NCBI GenBank assembly: GCA_965113315.1
Contig: OZ220368.1
Direction: 5' to 3' (one strand)
DNA from: Podarcis vaucheri
Lineage: Eukaryota
Length of the DNA: 64,000 bases
The translations under genes were made by a program, and so were the position numbers. The notes beneath the pieces are model-generated. The model was not told the origin of the DNA and ran no database searches. It was given only the letters and a program-made list of their open reading frames with translations. Shown piece after piece: positions 62,997-64,000 of the stretch (position 1 is the stretch's first letter; every line of letters starts with the position of its first letter).

Positions 62997-63166
62997 CTAA
63001 AAAGGTAAAAATAAAATAAGATCCAGCTTTATCTATCCAGAACTACTTTAAGAATGAGCAAACTATCCAGAGGATGTTCAAAATTGGAGGGATGGAAGAA
63101 TGCAGGGGATTCAGAAGGCAGTGGCTTCAACCTGCCCAGTAATCATGGGAGTTTTAATTTTTATTA

Positions 63167-64000
63167 CAGTGGTACCCCGCAAGACGAACGCCTCGCGAGA
63201 CGAAAAACTCGCAAAACGAAAGGTTTTTTCGTTTCCGAGTTGCCTCGCAAGACGAATTTCCCTATGGGCTTGCTTCGCAAAACGAAGCTTGCCCCGGGGA
63301 CAGCGGGTCTTCTCTTTTGAAGCAAGGGGCTGGGGGGAGATAGCGATCTCCCTGCAGCCCCTTGCTGCAAAAGACGTCCGGGGGAAGCGGGGAAGAAGCG
63401 CTTCTTCCCCACTGCCCCCCGACGTCTTTTGCGGCAAGGGGCTGCAGGGAGATCGCTTCTCCCGGTGCTCCGAAGCCGGGCGGGGGGCAGGGGACACCTC
63501 CCGCCGCCGCGGGGACACCTTTTGAAGGCAGGCGGGGGGGGGGGAGCAAAGACTTTCGCCCCCCGCCCGCCTTCAGAAGAGGTCCAGGACCTCTTCTGAA
63601 GGCTGGCGGGGGGCAAAAGTCTTTGTCCCCCCTGCCTGCCTTCCCAGGGGCTTTTAAATCGCCCCGGACAACGGAGAAGTCCTCCGCGGTCCGGGGCGAT
63701 TTTAAAATGCCGCCCGCCAGCATTTTAAGATCGCCCGGACAGTGGAGAAGTCCTCCGCTGTCCCGGGGTTTTTTAAAATGCTGGGGGTGGGAAGAAAAGC
63801 CCTTGTCCCCCCCCCCCCCAGCCTTCAGAAGAGGTCCGGGGACAGACTGTCCCCGGACCTGGTCTGAAGGCGGTTTCCCTAGGAACGCATTAATTGATTT
63901 TCAATGCATTCCTATGGGAAACCGTGCATCGCAAGACGAAAAAACCGCAAGACGAAGAGACTTGCGGAACGAATTAATTTCGTCTTGCGAGGCACCACTG
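63167..64000. mobile_element. Young 834-bp Tc1/mariner non-autonomous element with GC-rich multi-hairpin interior
   Basis: TA-CAGTGGTACCCCGCAAGACGAA ... TTCGTCTTGCGAGGCACCACTG; right TIR ends at the window edge; CpGs intact. Confidence 0.88.

Noticed and set aside
63054-63723. Overlapping 88-153 aa ORFs on both strands
   Set aside because: They lie inside a GC-rich palindromic MITE and show no transposase motifs.
1-64000. Prokaryotic systems (operons, CRISPR, defence islands)
   Set aside because: The sequence is intron-containing vertebrate DNA; no such structures were seen.

Overview
Vertebrate genomic DNA, not prokaryotic. It is almost certainly a squamate, probably a lacertid lizard, judged from a Sauria-type SINE, a Bov-B tail, and the L2/CR1/hAT/Tc1-mariner repeat landscape. 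Four intron-containing genes were rebuilt by hand from splice sites, with phases and lengths closing exactly: LRIF1 (+, 4 coding exons, 763 aa), DRAM2 (-, 7 coding exons, 266 aa, one U12-type intron), CEPT1 (+, 8 coding exons, 416 aa, head-to-head with DRAM2 across a CpG island) and the last four exons of DENND2D (-). The top finding is a second, homologous 85-nt exon in a CEPT1 intron (45348-45432). It has the same length and phase as the canonical exon (50357-50441), and including both or neither gives an early stop. This points to a mutually exclusive exon pair that swaps the DVTE helix next to the active site. Also notable: skipping LRIF1 exon 2 builds an overlapping stop/start TG|ATG at the junction, and LRIF1 appears inverted relative to DRAM2 compared with mammals. 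Homology calls and human comparisons come from recalled sequences; no searches were run.
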